Positions 61,601-64,000 of a DNA stretch of 64,000 nucleotides are shown in pieces. Within the stretch, counting starts at the first letter, position 1. Each line of letters starts with the position of its first letter. Under the pieces are notes generated by a model. That model had not been told where the DNA came from, searched no databases, and saw only the letters and a program-made list of their open reading frames with translations. The position numbers and the translations under genes were made by a program. Source of the stretch: Eledone cirrhosa (Eukaryota); contig OZ024743.1 in the NCBI GenBank assembly GCA_964016885.1, positions 135,842,001-135,906,000 on the forward strand, given 5' to 3'.

Positions 61601-64000
61601 TGCTGGGTGTTTTGTGTTTGGTGCTTGGTGCTTGGTGTTTGGTGCTTGGTGCTTGGTGTTTGTACTTGGTGCTTGGTGCTTGGTGTTTGGTTCTTGGTTC
61701 TTGGTGTTTGGTACTTGGTGCTTGGTGCTTGGTGCTTGGTGTTTCGTGTTTGGTGCTTGGTGTTTGGTGCTTGGTGCTTGGTGCTTGGTGCTTGGTGCTT
61801 GGTGTTTGGTGCTTGGTGTTTGGTGTTTGCTGTTTGGTGTTTGATGTTTGGTGTTTGGTGTTTGCTGTTTGGTGTCTGCTTTTTGGTGTTTAGTGTTTGC
61901 TGTATGGTGTTTGCTGTTTCGTGTTTGGTGTTTGTTGTTTGGAGTTTGGTCTTTGGTGCTTGGTGTTTGGTGCTTGGTGCTTGGTGCTTGGTGTTTGGTG
62001 TTTGGTGCTTGGTGCTTGGTGTTTGGTGTTTGTTGTTTGGTGCTTGGTGTCTGGTGCTTGGTGTTTGGTGTTTGGTGCTTGGTGTTTGGTGTTCGGTGTT
62101 TTGGTGCTTTGTGCTTGGTGTTTGGTGTTCGGTGTTTGGTGCTTGGTGTTTGGTGTTTGGTGCTTTTTGCTTGGTGCTTGGTGCTTGGTGTTTGGTGCTT
62201 GGTGTTTGGTGCTGGGTGCTTGGTGCTTGGTGTTTGGTGTTTGGTGCTTGGTGCTTGGTGTTTGGTGTTTGGTGTTATATGCTTGGTGTTTGATGCTTGG
62301 TGCTTGTTGCTTGGTGTTTGGTGTTTGGCGTTTGATGATTGGTGCTTGGTGCTTGGTGTTTGGTGCTTGGTGCTTGGTGTTTGTACTTGGTGCTTGGTGC
62401 TTGGTGCTTGGTGTTTGGTGCTTGGTGTTTGGTGCTTGGTGCTTGGTGCTTGGTGCTTGGTGTTTGGTGGTTGGTGTTTGGTGCTTGGTGTTAGGTGTTT
62501 GGTGCTTGGTGCTTGGTGTTTGGTGTTTGGTGCTTGGTGTTTGGTGTTTGGTGCTTGGTGTTTGGTGCTTGGTACTTGGTGCTTGGTGCTAGGTGTTTGG
62601 TGCTTGGAGCATGGTGCTTGGTGTTTGGTGCTTGGTGCTTGGTGCTTGGTGCTTGGTGTTTGGTGGTTGGTGTTTGGTGCTTGGTGTTTGGTGTTTGGTG
62701 CTTGGTGTTTGGTGCTTTTTGCTTGGTGCTTGGTGCTTGGTGTTTGGTGCTTGGTGTTTGGTGCTGGGTGCTTGGTGCTTGGTGTTTGGTGTTTGGTGCT
62801 TGGTTCTTGGTGTTTGGTATTTGGTGTTATATGCTTGATGTTTGATCCTTGGTGCTTGGTGCTTGGTGTTTGGTGTTTGGTGCTTGGTGTTTGATGCTTG
62901 GTGCTTGGTGCTTGGTGTTTGGTGCTTGGTGCTTGGTGTTTGGTGCTTGGTGCTTGGTGCTTGCTGTTTGGTGCTTGGTGTTTGGTGCTTGGTGCTTGGT
63001 GCTTGGTGCTTGCTGTTTGGTGGTTGGTGCTTGGTGCTTGGTGTTAGGTGTTTGGTGCTTGGTGCTTGGTGTTTGGTGTTTGGTGCTTGGTGTTTGGTGT
63101 TTGGTGCTTGGTGTTTGGTGCTTGGTACTTGGTGCTTGGTGCTTGGTGTTAGGTGTTTGGTGCTTGGTGCTTGGTGTCTGGTTTTTGGTGCTTGGTGCTT
63201 GGTGTTTGGTGTTTGGTGCTTGCTGCTGGCTGCTTGGTGTTTGGTGCTTGGTGATTGCTGCTTGGTGTTTGGTGCTTGGTGTTTGGTGTTTGGTGCTAGG
63301 TGCTTGGTGTTTGGTGCTTGCTGCTTGGTGTTTGTACTTGGTGCTTGGTGCTTGGTTCTTGGTGTTTGGTGCTTGGTGCTTGGTGTTTGGTGCTTGGTGC
63401 TTGGTGTTTGGTGCTTGGTGATTGGTGCTTGGTGCTTGGTGCTTGGTGCTTTGTGTTTGGTGCTTGGTGTTTGGTGCTTGGTGTTAGGTGTTTGTTGCTT
63501 GGTGCTTGGTCTTTGGTGTTTGGTGCTGGGTGTTTGGTGTTTGGTGTTATATGCTTGGTGTTTGATGCTTGGTGCTTGGTGCTTGGTGTTTGGTGCTTGG
63601 TGCTTGGTGTTTGTACTTGGTGCTTGGTGCTTGGTGCTTGGTGTTTGGTGATTGGTGCTTGGTGTTTGGTGCTTGGTGCTTAGTGTTTGGTGCTTGGTGT
63701 TTGGTGCTTGGTGTTTGGTGCTTGGTGCTTGGTGCTTGGTGCTTGGTGTTTGGTGCTTGGTGTTTGGTGCTTGGTGTTTGGTGCTTGGTGCTTGGTGCTT
63801 GGTGTTTAGTGTTTGGTGGTTGGTGTTTGGTGTTTGGTGTTAGGTGTTTGGTGCTTGGTGTTTGGTGTTTGGTGCTTGGTGTTTGGTGCTTGGTGCTTGG
63901 TGTTTGGTGTTTGGTGCTTGGTGTTTGGTGCTTGGTACTTGGTGCTTGGTGCTTGGTGTTAGGTGTTTGGTGCTTGGTGCTTGGTGTTTGGTTTTTGGTG
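55700..64000. repeat. Tandem duplication of a ~4.4-4.5-kb higher-order unit (second copy starts ~60190 and runs off the window)
   Basis: Private variants shared only by the two copies: TGCTCGGTTC at 55761/60251 (4490), TTGGAGCATGG at ~58170/~62604 (4434), TTGATCC at 58457/62842 (4385). ORF pairs 56509/60943 and 58915/63300 agree. Confidence 0.93.

Larger units (their letters stand above)
1..64000. repeat. Heptamer tandem satellite array, unit TTGGTGY (TTGGTGC/TTGGTGT), about 9,100 units, one orientation, extending beyond both window edges
   Basis: Every line parses as consecutive TTGGTG[C/T] units or variants with 1-3 substitutions. I saw no inversion and no non-repeat insert. The + strand is almost devoid of A. 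Unit count is simply 64000/7. Confidence 0.99.

Noticed and set aside
20-63843. Hundreds of + strand ORFs encoding hydrophobic LVLGAWC/LVFGVWC repeats (up to 854 aa at 29818..32382)
   Set aside because: The heptamer has no stop codon, so all three frames are open simultaneously with the same 7-aa repeat. Starts are mostly TTG/GTG inside the repeat, and there is no domain or unique sequence.
1-64000. CRISPR-like array (recurrent words separated by variable sequence)
   Set aside because: The intervening sequence is the same heptamer rather than unique spacers, spacing is irregular, and there are no cas genes or leader.
1-64000. Pure sequencing artefact or synthetic low-complexity sequence
   Set aside because: Nested duplications with shared private variants and in-register indels are typical of real satellite evolution. 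Exact copy numbers could still be misassembled.

Overview
The whole 64 kb window is one uninterrupted, single-orientation tandem satellite array. Its unit is the 7-bp TTGGTGY (TTGGTGC and TTGGTGT interspersed; reverse complement RCACCAA). The array runs off both ends of the window. I find no credible gene, RNA gene, transposon, CRISPR array or unique sequence. Every ORF in the track is an artefact of a heptamer with no stop codon (3 units = 21 nt = 7 aa), giving LVLGAWC- and KHQAPST-type translations. The real information is hidden structure. The C/T order of units and rare variant units (TTGTAC, TATATGC, TTGCTGC-TGGCTGC, ATGGTGA, TACGTGT and others) act as a barcode. It reveals near-identical higher-order repeats (HORs) of 5511/5546 bp, 2781 bp, 2054/2047 bp, 2283/2311 bp, 840 bp and 4490/4434/4385 bp, built by reshuffling a small set of sub-kb modules. 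The scale and architecture suggest eukaryotic heterochromatic (centromeric, pericentromeric or subtelomeric) DNA, but organism and function cannot be determined from this sequence. Offsets come from landmark positions and matching ORF-track entries. Block boundaries are approximate (tens of bp).
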